DNA of 61,867 nucleotides, the filler included. It is 4 parts of 4 records of this genome, joined end to end, with 100 filler letters (N's around TTAATTAATTAA, not from the genome) between each part and the next. Parts side by side here need not be neighbours in the genome. Positions count along the whole stretch, not along the records: positions 1 to 23,340 come from DRR723986_12810; positions 23,441 to 28,698 come from DRR723986_12813; positions 28,799 to 51,868 come from DRR723986_12814; 1 more part is not named here. One strand, 5' to 3'. The notes beneath the pieces were generated by a model that saw only the letters and a list, made by a program, of their open reading frames with translations, did not search any database and had not been told where the DNA came from. This document shows, piece after piece, positions 20,280 through 31,283 of the stretch (position 1 is the stretch's first letter; every line of letters begins with the position of its first letter). The position numbers were made by a program, and so were the translations under genes.

Positions 20280-20858
20280 CTAGAGAACGGCTTCAACCGC
20301 CGTCACTTCCGGAACGTAAGTTTTCAGCATGTTCTCGATGCCCTGCTTCAACGTCATCGTCGATGACGGGCAGCCGGCGCAGGCGCCGCGCATGGAGAGA
20401 TGCACAATGCCGGTATCCGGCTCGAACCGGTGGAAGATGATATCGCCACCATCCTGGGCCACGGCCGGACGGACGCGGGTCTCGATCAGCTCACGGATTT
20501 CCTCGACGATCTCGGCCGCCTCGCCTTCATAGGTCACATCGGCTTCGGCGGAGGCTGACGGCTCGGCACCGTCTTCCACGACCGGCAGGCCGGCCATGTA
20601 ATGGTCCATGATCGCAGCCAGCACCATCGGCTTCACGTGCCGCCAGTCCTTGTCTTCGGCCTTGTTGATCGACACGAAATCGCTGCCAAGGAAGACACGC
20701 TCGACCCCGTCGACCTGGAACAGGGCGCGGGCCAGCAGGCTGATGCGCGCGCTGGTCACGTCCGGAAAATCGAACGGGCCGCGGTCGCCTGCCACTTCGT
20801 GTCCCGGCAGGAACTTGATCGTATCGGGGTTGGGAGTCGGTTCGGTCTGGATGAACAT
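20280..20858 (-). CDS. NifU/NfuA family Fe-S carrier
   Basis: MFIQTEPTPNP, RVRPAVAQDGGD, GACAGCPSS. Confidence 0.92.
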   Translation of the reverse strand: MFIQTEPTPNPDTIKFLPGHEVAGDRGPFDFPDVTSARISLLARALFQVDGVERVFLGSDFVSINKAEDKDWRHVKPMVLAAIMDHYMAGLPVVEDGAEPSASAEADVTYEGEAAEIVEEIRELIETRVRPAVAQDGGDIIFHRFEPDTGIVHLSMRGACAGCPSSTMTLKQGIENMLKTYVPEVTAVEAVL

Positions 20859-20951
20859 CGCCGCCTGCCCTTTCTGTCAAAAGCTTCACCTGGGCAACAG
20901 ATGGCGCGGACAAGCAGTCGTATCAAGGGCCGAACGGTTAAGCGGCTGGTC

Positions 20952-22013
20952 TTACTGGGCCGTTCCGGTCACAGCCGGGTCGAGCTGGGCCACTTCTTCC
21001 TCTGCCGGGGGAAGTGGCTGCTCGAGGCGTTCGGCCAGTTCTTCGGACGTGCGCTGGGCATCGCGCAGGAAGAAGCCAAGGCTGGCGAGATGGTTCGCCA
21101 TGATGGCACCATCGCCTTTCTGGTTGGACACGACCAGCGGACGGATCTGGGCGGCGCGGGTCCAGGCCGCTTCGGCCTTGTCATAGGCGGCCATCGTGTC
21201 GGCATCGGTGAGGCTATCGCGATCGGCACGGCGGGCCGCTTTCAGCATCTGCAGGGCGATATGCGCGCGGGCCTTCGCAGCATAGAAAACGCGAATATCC
21301 TGCTTGGAAGCCGGCCAACCTGTCGATTCCTGGTAGATCTGGGTGGAAAGGTCGTCCTGATCGGCGATCGCCCAGCCTGCAAACATGCGGGCTTCATCGG
21401 CGGCCAGCACCCGGCGGTCGGCCACAGTGACGAGGCCGCGGCTTGCGCGGGAGTCGAACCGGTTCAGGGCTTCGGCCGCAGCGGTCATGCGCGGACGCAT
21501 GTCTTCGCCGGGAATGCCCTTCAGCAGGCGCGAGGCCGCGATGAGATCCGCATCCGGTTCGCCGTTTTCGTCCGGCACGGCGGCGGCCGCCATGCGGGTA
21601 AATTCAGAGAGGCCATCGGCGGTGGCTTCCTGCCAGGCAGGCATGGCCGTCAGACGGGCCTGCGGGTGCCAGTTCGGCTTGTCGTCAGCCCAGCCCTTCC
21701 CTTCCAGCTCGCGTGCGATCTTGGTGATGGCGATTCCGGATTCCGGGAAGGCCCATTTCTGGCCGTCTGCGAACACGATGTCCGAGTCGTCGATCTTGTG
21801 GGACATGACCGCCGAGAACGGATAGGCCCCTACCAATGCGAGAAAGAGGCTGAGCTTGAACAGGAAAATGGTTCGCCGCCAGAGACTGCGGAAGAAGTCC
21901 ATGATCGGATGCGGCTCTGCCTCATCCAGTTCTCGCAGGTCTTCTGCTGTCACCTCGTTCGGGTCCGGTCCCTCTTCGAGATAGGCAGCGTGCAAACGGC
22001 TGTCGAAGGCCAT
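20952..22013 (-). CDS. Membrane-anchored hypothetical protein (DUF2333-like)
   Basis: Single N-terminal TM; MPAWQ, VFYAAK.., PLVVSN..G.....NHL segments. Confidence 0.55.
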   Translation of the reverse strand: MAFDSRLHAAYLEEGPDPNEVTAEDLRELDEAEPHPIMDFFRSLWRRTIFLFKLSLFLALVGAYPFSAVMSHKIDDSDIVFADGQKWAFPESGIAITKIARELEGKGWADDKPNWHPQARLTAMPAWQEATADGLSEFTRMAAAAVPDENGEPDADLIAASRLLKGIPGEDMRPRMTAAAEALNRFDSRASRGLVTVADRRVLAADEARMFAGWAIADQDDLSTQIYQESTGWPASKQDIRVFYAAKARAHIALQMLKAARRADRDSLTDADTMAAYDKAEAAWTRAAQIRPLVVSNQKGDGAIMANHLASLGFFLRDAQRTSEELAERLEQPLPPAEEEVAQLDPAVTGTAQ

Positions 22014-22203
22014 ACTCTACGTTTCCCCGGCTCTGGCGCGGTGTTGCATTCACAACACTATGCGTTCAATTGTGGCATTTTAACAGCTCATTAACTGTTA
22101 AATGTCCGCAACCTGCAGCTGTGCACGCAAATGCTGCGCCAGACGGGCCGGAGATGTCAGATTTGAAGGCACACAGGAGCTGTCCGCCATCGGATCAAGC
22201 GAC

Positions 22204-22662
22204 TCAGTCCCCAAGTCCCTTGACTTCAGCGCTGGTGACAAGCGTCTGCGACGTGCCATCCGAATCGCGGAACTCCAGAGAGATATCGACCGTGTCGCCC
22301 ACGGCGATGGCCGGATCGACACCGAACAGCATGAGGTGGTTTCCGCCCCGCTGAAGCACGACAGGCTCGCCTTCGGAGACCGTGAAGCTCTCGACCTGGC
22401 GCATCTGCATGACATTGTCTTCCATGGTCATGGTGTGCAGCTCCACCCGGTCAGCCACATCGGTGGAGGCGCCGACCAGTTCCACCGGCGAACCGGTGAC
22501 ATAGGCCATCAGGCCGCCGGCGGCGACGTCGCGTCCTTCCGCGGGTTTCACGATGAAGGCGTCCTTGACCTCGATCACGGACTCACCTGCCGGTGCATCG
22601 GCCGGACCGGAACAGGCCGCCAGCATGAAGGCCGCGGCGGGAATCAGGGTGCGAAGCAGCAT
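22204..22662 (-). CDS. Copper chaperone PCu(A)C lipoprotein
   Basis: Lipobox LAAC; VELHTM....VMQMR, GGNHLML. Confidence 0.88.
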   Translation of the reverse strand: MLLRTLIPAAAFMLAACSGPADAPAGESVIEVKDAFIVKPAEGRDVAAGGLMAYVTGSPVELVGASTDVADRVELHTMTMEDNVMQMRQVESFTVSEGEPVVLQRGGNHLMLFGVDPAIAVGDTVDISLEFRDSDGTSQTLVTSAEVKGLGD

Positions 22663-22757
22663 GTAGCTCATCCTTTCAGAACTGATGCGCCAAGTCGTAG
22701 CCATCAGGCCGGACGGGTCAATGTGCCGGAATGGCACGCTTGCCCGCCAGGCAGATG

Positions 22758-23340
22758 TCAGGGCCGCCAGTAACCGACGGCCCGGCGCACATCTTCCATG
22801 ATTGGCGCGGCGATGGCGTCCGCCCGTTCCGCGCCGTCCTTGAGGATGGCGTCGATGCCGGACTGGTCCGCGAGGATGTCGCGATAGCGCTGCGTGATCG
22901 GCGCAAGATGAGCGACCATGACGTCGGCCAAGGCCGGCTTGAACACGCCGAAGCCCTTGCCGCCATATTCGGCCAGAACCTCTTCCACGCTCTGCCCGCT
23001 CACGGCGGAGTAGATGCCGACAAGGTTCTCGACTTCCGGGCGGCCTTCGAGGCCTTTCGGTTCGGATGGCATGTCGCCTTCAAGGTCGGTCTTCGCCTTC
23101 TTGATCTTCTTGGCGATCAGGTCGGCATCGTCGACCAGGTTGATGCGCGAGAGGTCCGACGGGTCGGACTTCGACATCTTCTTCGTGCCGTCCTTCAGGC
23201 TCATGATCCGCGCGCCCGGGCCCTTGATCAGCGGTTCCGGCAGCGGGAAGAAGCCTGGCACATCGTATTCGCGGTTGAAGCGGTCGGCGATGTCGCGGCT
23301 GAGTTCGAGGTGCTGCTTCTGGTCCTCGCCCACCGGCACA
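22758..23340 (-). CDS. trpS: Tryptophan-tRNA ligase (partial, 5' end cut by the contig boundary)
   Basis: VPVGEDQKQHLEL and KMSKS motifs. Confidence 0.95.
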
Positions 23341-23440
23341 NNNNNNNNNNNNNNNNNNNNNNNNNNNNNNNNNNNNNNNNNNNNTTAATTAATTAANNNN
23401 NNNNNNNNNNNNNNNNNNNNNNNNNNNNNNNNNNNNNNNN
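23341..23440. other. Artificial contig linker
   Basis: N-run flanking TTAATTAATTAA (stops in all frames). Confidence 0.99.
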
Positions 23441-25196
<1,756 letters not shown>

Positions 25197-25211
25197 GGCG
25201 GCAACCGGGCC

Positions 25212-25263
25212 CTTGCAACAGGCAATTTGCAAAGGCATCATGGGGCATACGCAAATTTGCAAA
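25212..25263. promoter_or_regulatory. Candidate ScfR/PccR operator sites
   Basis: TTTGCAAA palindromes at 25226-33 and 25256-63, plus degenerate CTTGCAAC and TACGCAAA, upstream of the regulator. Confidence 0.55.
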
Positions 25264-25271
25264 GGCGCCCC

Positions 25272-26669
25272 ATGGCCAACCGTAAACTTTATGCTGGCGC
25301 CAAGCTGCGCGAAACCCGCCAGCGGCTGGGCCTGACCCAAAAAGATTTCGCCACGAAACTGGGTGTTTCGCTGCCCTATCTGAACCAGATGGAAAACAAT
25401 AACCGCCCGGTTTCCACCACGGTTGTGCTGTCGCTGGCCCAAGAGTTTGGCTTTGACGTAACCGAGCTATCCACCGGCGATAGCGAAAGGCTGGTGTCAG
25501 ACATGCGCGAGGCCATGGCCGACCCTGTGTTTGCAGATGCCACCCCGCCTTTGGCCGATCTGCGGCTGACCGCCTCGAACGCACCGGCCCTGGCACGCGC
25601 CTTTTTGGAATTGCACCGCGCCTATCGCCAAACCCACGAACGCCTGGCCAGCCTAGACGAGGCCCTGGGCCGCGAAGAGGCCCGCCTGCAGCCCAGCCCA
25701 TGGGACGAGGTGCGCGATTTCTTTCATTATTGCGACAACTATATCGATGCGGTCGATCGCGCGGCAGAACATATGGTGGCCGAGGCCGGCACCCGGCCAT
25801 TGGCGCCCTATCTGGCCAGCTTGCTCGACCGGATGGGCATATCGCTGCGCCGCGCCGATGCCGCGCAATTGCGCCATTTCGATACCGCCACCCGCACGCT
25901 GACGCTGTCCAGCCGGGCCGCCCCTGAAACCCAAACCTTTCAGATCTTGCTGCAAATTGCGCTGTTGAAACAAGACAAGCTGTTCGAGGCCACGCTGGAT
26001 CTGGCACGTTTTCGATCTGACGAGGCGCGCGCCATCGCCAAAATCGGGCTGGCCAATTATTTCGCCGGCGCAGCCCTGATGCCCTATACCCGCTTCCTCG
26101 AAGCCGCCCAAGCCGAGCGGCACGATCTCGAGCGCCTGTCGACCCGGTTTTCGGCCTCGATCGAACAGGTGGCGCATCGCCTGTCTACCCTGCAACGCCC
26201 CGGCGCCAAGGGCATTCCGTTTTTCTTTGTGCGCGTCGATCAGGCGGGCACGATCACCAAACGCCATTCCGCCACGCGCCTGCAATTTGCCCGCTTTGGC
26301 GGCGCCTGCCCTTTGTGGAATGTGCACCGGGCCTTTGAAACGCCGGGGCGGTTTTTGCGGCAATTGGCCGAAACCCCCGATGGCGTGCGCTATATCAGCC
26401 TGGCGCGCGATGTCTCGAAACCCGGGGGCGCATATGGCGCGCCCACGCGCCGCTTTGCCATCGCTTTGGGCTGCGAGGTGCGCCACGCCGACACCCTTGT
26501 CTATGCCGATAACCTCGATCTGACAAACCCCCGCGCTTTCGAGCCGATCGGCATCTCGTGCCGCATCTGCGAGCGCACAAATTGCCACCAACGTTCGGTG
26601 CCGCCCCTGGAACGCAAGCTTAGCATCGAGCCAAACGCCCGCGGCATCCTGCCCTATCAGGTGGGCTAA
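25272..26669 (+). CDS. Short-chain fatty acyl-CoA regulator (ScfR/PccR/RamB family)
   Basis: N-terminal XRE HTH, HRLSTLQRPG, FGGACPLW, C-terminal CRICER.NCHQR. Confidence 0.9.
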   Translation: MANRKLYAGAKLRETRQRLGLTQKDFATKLGVSLPYLNQMENNNRPVSTTVVLSLAQEFGFDVTELSTGDSERLVSDMREAMADPVFADATPPLADLRLTASNAPALARAFLELHRAYRQTHERLASLDEALGREEARLQPSPWDEVRDFFHYCDNYIDAVDRAAEHMVAEAGTRPLAPYLASLLDRMGISLRRADAAQLRHFDTATRTLTLSSRAAPETQTFQILLQIALLKQDKLFEATLDLARFRSDEARAIAKIGLANYFAGAALMPYTRFLEAAQAERHDLERLSTRFSASIEQVAHRLSTLQRPGAKGIPFFFVRVDQAGTITKRHSATRLQFARFGGACPLWNVHRAFETPGRFLRQLAETPDGVRYISLARDVSKPGGAYGAPTRRFAIALGCEVRHADTLVYADNLDLTNPRAFEPIGISCRICERTNCHQRSVPPLERKLSIEPNARGILPYQVG

Positions 26670-26693
26670 AAAAACGGGCGGCCAAAGCCGCCC
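26668..26693 (-). terminator. Rho-independent terminator
   Basis: GGGCGGC-caaa-GCCGCCC hairpin with a U tract on the minus strand, between convergent genes. Confidence 0.7.
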
Positions 26694-26721
26694 AACACCC
26701 ACATAAAACAATCAAGCGCCC

Positions 26722-26961
26722 TTAGGCCGCGCTAAGCATCCGGTAGATTTCATCTTTCAGCGCCGCGCGCTTTTTGCGCATGTCTACCATATGCGCATCA
26801 TCGGTTGGCTCTACATCGGTTTCGGCGCGGTGCACCGCGCGGTTGATCGTGTGATATTCATCCGACAATTTGGCAAAATGCGCGTTGGATGTTTTCAGCT
26901 GGCTGATCTTTTCTGCATGTTCGGGGAATTCTTCGTGCAGTTCATGGGGGGTGTTTGACAT
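26722..26961 (-). CDS. YdcH/DUF465 family small protein
   Basis: HELHEEFPE, HFAKL..EY, RKKRAALKDEI. Confidence 0.85.
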   Translation of the reverse strand: MSNTPHELHEEFPEHAEKISQLKTSNAHFAKLSDEYHTINRAVHRAETDVEPTDDAHMVDMRKKRAALKDEIYRMLSAA

Positions 26962-27065
26962 GGCGCGCTCTCCTTTATGTGTCTTGCCATGGCCACCCTA
27001 GCCGGCCGCCATGGCGCGCGCTTTGACACGGATCAAAAGCGCCTCGCGCGGCGCGAAAAACGCCC

Positions 27066-27632
27066 CTAGCCGATATCGGGGGCGTATTCCAACACCAGCG
27101 GCACAATCACCTCTTCCTCGTCGCATAAATGGCGGTCAAGAAAGCGGGTGAACCCCTCTTGGCAGGCCAAAAGCTGGGCCGCGCTGTCGCGGCTGGGCTG
27201 GCCTGCTTGCAAGGCGCGCAGCACCGCATTGGTCGCCTCGGCCAAATGGTGCAAATGCCCATCCAGCGCGTGATGATCCCCATCAAGCAGGTCAAAAGCG
27301 CGGGAAACCCGTACATCAAGCGGTTTGAACTGCGGGAAATAATGGTGATCTTCGATGCCGTGATGGCTGTGCAGTTGATCCAGAAAAAACCCGGTGTAGC
27401 GGCTTAGCTCGGCGCCATAGCGCGGGCCTGATTTGCCATCCAAATGCAGCTGCGTATCGTCCACCAGCTTTGTCAGCACCTGGCGAAACATCACATGGCG
27501 ATCCAGCCAAAAGGCTGTCAGCTGTGAAAAATTCGGATGCCCCTGCCACGTGGTGCGGGGGAATTTATCGGCCAACACCCGCAGATGCGGGGGCAGGCCT
27601 TGGCGCAGGTTCAGATCGAATTCGGTTTCCAT
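27066..27632 (-). CDS. Hemerythrin-domain protein
   Basis: WLDRH, LHSHHGIEDHHYFP, DHHAL, HLCDEEE. Confidence 0.85.
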   Translation of the reverse strand: METEFDLNLRQGLPPHLRVLADKFPRTTWQGHPNFSQLTAFWLDRHVMFRQVLTKLVDDTQLHLDGKSGPRYGAELSRYTGFFLDQLHSHHGIEDHHYFPQFKPLDVRVSRAFDLLDGDHHALDGHLHHLAEATNAVLRALQAGQPSRDSAAQLLACQEGFTRFLDRHLCDEEEVIVPLVLEYAPDIG

Positions 27633-27683
27633 GGCGCGAAGATAGCGGCTGGCCCGCCAAAGACCAGCGCAAAGACCGCCCCG

Positions 27684-28361
27684 CTAACGCCGCGCGGCCC
27701 GCCAGCCCGCCGCGCGCGCCTCGGCCGCGGTGCAAAACCAGCGCTCGCCCTTTTCCGGGCTGATCACCGTGCGCGCATAATCGGCCTGGCCGGGGCTGTG
27801 AAAAATCCGCCTGCCCTGGGCCGAGATATTGCCCTTGATCGCGCAGGCCCGGCCTGTGGGGGCGGTGCCCGCAGAATTGGCCCGGGCTTGGGCACGATAG
27901 GTGGCAGGCGAGATCATATCATGGGCGTGCAAGCCCCGCCCCTGCCTGCGCGCGGCCCGCTCGGCCTGGGCATAATCATCGCCAAAGCGCAGATAGGCAA
28001 AGGCCAGCCCGGCGCCAACAAGGGTGGCGCCCATATCCTGGCCCGCCACGCTGCAGCGCGCCACAACGCGGCCATAGCGATCATGGCCGCTGGCCTGGCA
28101 GCTGGCCCGCTGCCCCTGAAACAACGCCCGTGCCTGCGCCGCAACCCAAGCGCCACAGGCCCAAACCCGCCTTTGCCCCGATTTCTCGGTGCAGGTTTGC
28201 GCCATTTCGGGCGCATCAACGGCCTGCAGGCGCACCTTTTGCCCGCCAATCACAAATGTATCGCCATCCACCACGCGCACCACCCCCTGCGGCGCCGCAG
28301 CAGCGGGCGGGGGGGCAATGGCCAGCACGGCGAGAACGAATGCAGCACAAATCCTTAACAT
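27684..28361 (-). CDS. Thermonuclease (SNase) family protein, ExoI-like
   Basis: VVDGDT, RL.AVDAPE, DRYGR, C-terminal CAIKGNIS...GERWFC..AEARAAGWR. Confidence 0.88.
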   Translation of the reverse strand: MLRICAAFVLAVLAIAPPPAAAAPQGVVRVVDGDTFVIGGQKVRLQAVDAPEMAQTCTEKSGQRRVWACGAWVAAQARALFQGQRASCQASGHDRYGRVVARCSVAGQDMGATLVGAGLAFAYLRFGDDYAQAERAARRQGRGLHAHDMISPATYRAQARANSAGTAPTGRACAIKGNISAQGRRIFHSPGQADYARTVISPEKGERWFCTAAEARAAGWRAARR

Positions 28362-28442
28362 TTGGTTAATTTCGGATCCTGTGACCCGAAAATCAACCAA
28401 GCTTTGCCGCGGTGGTTAAAATTTCTTAACTCGCTTTACGCC

Positions 28443-28698
28443 CTAGCGCTGCGACACTTGCCAGTTTGGGTTGATCCAAGGTTGCGCATTATCAGGCGCC
28501 AGCGGATCGCGGCCCAGCAACAAATCGCTGACCTTTTCGCCCACCATAATCGATGGCGCATTCAAATTGCCATTGGTGATACGTGGAAAAATCGAACTAT
28601 CCGCCACCCGCAGCCCCTGCACGCCAATCACCCGCGCCTGCGGGTCAACAACCGCTGTGGGGTCATCGGCGCGCCCCATGCGGCAGGTGCCGCAGGGG
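28443..28698 (-). CDS. betA: Choline dehydrogenase C-terminus (partial)
   Basis: [36 protein letters not shown]. Confidence 0.85.
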
Positions 28699-28798
28699 NN
28701 NNNNNNNNNNNNNNNNNNNNNNNNNNNNNNNNNNNNNNNNNNTTAATTAATTAANNNNNNNNNNNNNNNNNNNNNNNNNNNNNNNNNNNNNNNNNNNN
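28699..28798. other. Artificial contig linker
   Basis: N-run flanking TTAATTAATTAA. Confidence 0.99.
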
Positions 28799-28854
28799 CG
28801 GTTTTTTCTGCTTGCAAGATTATCGTCCCGGCTCGGTGATCCCGGACGTTATTT
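28799..28854 (+). repeat. attC site (partial, right half)
   Basis: CGGCTCGGTGATCCCGGAC-GTTATTT, same pattern as the other attC right ends. Confidence 0.75.
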
Positions 28855-28877
28855 CTCAGAACGATTCGCCCATCGAC

Positions 28878-29297
28878 GTGACATCAGAACTGAACATCAG
28901 CGTGATTGCGGAGGAACTTGATTCGATGCATGCTTCGGCGCGTCAGGCGTTCTGCGCCAGAGACATCGACGCTTACAAACGATTTTTTACCGAAGACCTT
29001 CGCTACGTACAGCCTGATGGAAAGCAAATAGGCCGCGATGAGTTGATGCGTGATGTCGGGAAACAACTGGCACAGTTCAAGACCGTTGATTCTGAAATGA
29101 CACGCGAGACCATTGCGATGAATGATAACGGAACCGTCACTCAGATTCTGAACCAGACCGGGATCTATTCGGTATCGGTTTTTCTGATCTTCACAAAAAC
29201 GTGGAACATCATGCGTCGCGGAGAATACACTTATCGAAGGACTGACGATGGATGGCGAATCTCCAACGTCGAAGTCCTTGCCGAAACGGTAAAATGA
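28878..29297 (+). CDS. Cassette gene: NTF2-like/DUF4440 protein
   Basis: [25 protein letters not shown]...RRTDDGWRI. Confidence 0.75.
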   Translation: MTSELNISVIAEELDSMHASARQAFCARDIDAYKRFFTEDLRYVQPDGKQIGRDELMRDVGKQLAQFKTVDSEMTRETIAMNDNGTVTQILNQTGIYSVSVFLIFTKTWNIMRRGEYTYRRTDDGWRISNVEVLAETVK

Positions 29298-29318
29298 ACG
29301 CCGACCGAAAAAGACAAG

Positions 29319-29408
29319 AAATAACCATGCGGTGAACGGCAGCCGCCGATGACGCGGGTTTTGAATTCATAGTTTTTGGCGGCGGCCCCGTTACCGCTAT
29401 CGTTGGCC
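29319..29408 (+). repeat. attC site
   Basis: R'' AGAAATAAC is the exact complement of upstream GTTATTTCT; stem GCGGTGAACGG..GCCGCC/GGCGGC..CCGTTACCGC; R' GTTGGCC. Confidence 0.88.
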
Positions 29409-29622
29409 TGACGGCCCCTTCGCGGCTACGCCGCTGCAGGTCCTTGGCCAACTTGCTTAACCCTAACTACTAGCCAGTTGAAGTCAGTTGCGCCGTGAGG
29501 CTCTTGCCGTCAGGCCAACGCCGCGCGGGACCCCGCAGGCCTACAAGCGGGTGCATCCGACTTCGTTACAATATCAACTAGCCCCGCGAGTCTTACGTCC
29601 AAAGCGGATGACCCGCGCGGCG
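29403..29622 (+). other. ORF-less gene cassette (220 bp)
   Basis: Only about 110 bp between R' (29402) and the next R'' (29513); no credible ORF; 14-bp terminal inverted repeat. Confidence 0.75.
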
Positions 29623-29628
29623 TTATCC
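29513..29628 (+). repeat. attC site (atypical, fully paired outer stem)
   Basis: GGCCAAC-GCCGCGCGGG...CCCGCGCGGC-GTTATCC. Confidence 0.75.
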
Positions 29629-29654
29629 GCTGACCGTACCGCAACGGTGACTAC

Positions 29655-30101
29655 ATGACGAATCCTTACGCACCATCGGACCCGGACACAACGACGTCCG
29701 CCAACACTCATGACGACGTCAGGGCTCGGGTGTCACGCCCTGCGACTGCGTTGATCATCATGGCGTCAATCCAATCCGTATTTGTCGCGATCTACCTTGT
29801 CTCCGCCGCCGCTGTCGTTTCGCGTGGTGGTTCCGTTTCGCATGACTACATCGGGCTATCCATCGGCTGCCTGCAATTTACCTGTCTGATCCTCATCGCC
29901 ATCGGTGCTGCGAAACTTGGGTTCCTCGAATCGCATTTCATGGCTCGGCTTGGCTCTTGTCTTGCTTGCATTCCGTTCATCACACCGTTTATGGTCGTTG
30001 GCATCCCCTTTGGCGTCTGGTCGCTTCGCCTATTGGCCGACCCGGCGGTCCGTGCTTCATTCCCTAACGGTGCTCCAGCATCGAGACCAGAAGGCGAATA
30101 A
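29655..30101 (+). CDS. Cassette gene: membrane protein
   Basis: NPYAPS N-terminus, 3-4 TM segments, GIPFGVWSL.LL.DP.VRA.F; stop codon lies in the attC R''. Confidence 0.75.
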   Translation: MTNPYAPSDPDTTTSANTHDDVRARVSRPATALIIMASIQSVFVAIYLVSAAAVVSRGGSVSHDYIGLSIGCLQFTCLILIAIGAAKLGFLESHFMARLGSCLACIPFITPFMVVGIPFGVWSLRLLADPAVRASFPNGAPASRPEGE

Positions 30102-30187
30102 CAAAAACATTGCACCCGAGTCGCGAAGTCGGGGCGTTTTCAACTGGACAATCACTTGTCGCGACCGGGTAAATGTAGACGTTATCC
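30096..30187 (+). repeat. attC site
   Basis: GAATAAC...ACCCGAGTCGCGA/TCGCGACCGGGT...GTTATCC. Confidence 0.88.
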
Positions 30188-30278
30188 GGCTAAATTCAGC
30201 CAATCTCTGAGAATTGCGACAAGATGCAGAAATCCGCAACGAAAACGCCCTGATGGATCACCTTTCCGAGGAGAAACG

Positions 30279-30518
30279 ATGCAAAAACAACAAACAATCG
30301 GTGCTTGGACCTTGGGTTTGGGGCAGCTACTTCTTTTTGCGATACTCGTGCTTTGTGTCGTAGACATATCGGAATTGGCGGCGCGTGGCGGACTGATGGT
30401 CCCGCTTGCTGGATACCTCACCGGAATTTGGATTGGGGTATTCATGCAATTTCTGGGCTCGGCAATACCCAACATGCGATTTGCCAACGTGGACTACGAG
30501 AACAAGGCCACCAAATAG
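30279..30518 (+). CDS. Cassette gene: small 2-TM membrane protein
   Basis: GAGGAG RBS then ATG 30279; two hydrophobic helices. Confidence 0.65.
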   Translation: MQKQQTIGAWTLGLGQLLLFAILVLCVVDISELAARGGLMVPLAGYLTGIWIGVFMQFLGSAIPNMRFANVDYENKATK

Positions 30519-30547
30519 CTGAGTTTGCAACGGCAATTCGCATCGCC

Positions 30548-30647
30548 GGACAACAATACTTTGCACCCAAGGCGCGAAGTCGGGCGTCTTGGCAATGGAG
30601 AATCTCTCGTCGCGACCGTCGCGACCGGGTGATTTTGGACGTTATCT
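30548..30647 (+). repeat. attC site
   Basis: GGACAAC...GTTATCT; similar to the attC at 30096, with a GTCGCGACC tandem duplication. Confidence 0.85.
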
Positions 30648-30658
30648 GGCTTGAACAA

Positions 30659-31177
30659 ATGGAAACCACGCTTCCTAAATTCGCACTCGTGCTTCTCGTT
30701 TGCTCTTGCGGCTGCACTGCGGAACGTGACTCTGCCAGTCAGGCGAACACCGCGTACAGTGTAGAAAACCAAACCAAAGCGATTCAATCTGATGCGACGC
30801 CCGTTGAACACGTTGCTCCCGACGTGCAGCCGGGCTTCTATCGCGATGGCGCTGAATTTGATCGTGTCTCAACCGTAATTGCTGGATCAGACGCCAATAT
30901 TCTGCTGGACTATCATTCCAGAATTGAATGGTATGACAAGAAATCAAAAACGCGATCAACATTGGGCGACATCAACGACGTCAAGCCATTGCTGGCGTCA
31001 ATCGAAAACAAGCACTTGGTGACAGTCTCGACCGGCAAGGCTGCGTGGGATAAGTACGATGAATACACTGCCAAGGTTGCCGAATTCGCTAATGAACTGG
31101 GCTTTGATATGACAATTGTGACTGACGACAATGCTCAAGGATTGGTGATTTCAAAAGTGATTCAACACAAAAAGTGA
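30659..31177 (+). CDS. Cassette gene: hypothetical lipoprotein
   Basis: METTLPKFALVLLVCSCGC signal/lipobox right after R'. Confidence 0.7.
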   Translation: METTLPKFALVLLVCSCGCTAERDSASQANTAYSVENQTKAIQSDATPVEHVAPDVQPGFYRDGAEFDRVSTVIAGSDANILLDYHSRIEWYDKKSKTRSTLGDINDVKPLLASIENKHLVTVSTGKAAWDKYDEYTAKVAEFANELGFDMTIVTDDNAQGLVISKVIQHKK

Positions 31178-31184
31178 GATCGTC

Positions 31185-31274
31185 ATATAACAAGCTGATG
31201 CACGCGAAGCCGCCGATCTCGCGTATTTTGAAGCAATGCTCATCGCGGCGGCTCGGTGATCACTACCGTTACGC
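31185..31274 (+). repeat. attC site
   Basis: ATATAAC...AGCCGCCGAT/ATCGCGGCGGCT...GTTACGC. Confidence 0.88.
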
Positions 31275-31283
31275 CACAAAAAA

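Noticed and set aside
14-22966. Numerous long antisense or overlapping ORFs in contig A (e.g. 11820-13373, 15739-17121, 20601-22094)
   Set aside because: Shadow ORFs of high-GC coding genes; Arg/Pro/Gly-rich with no motifs
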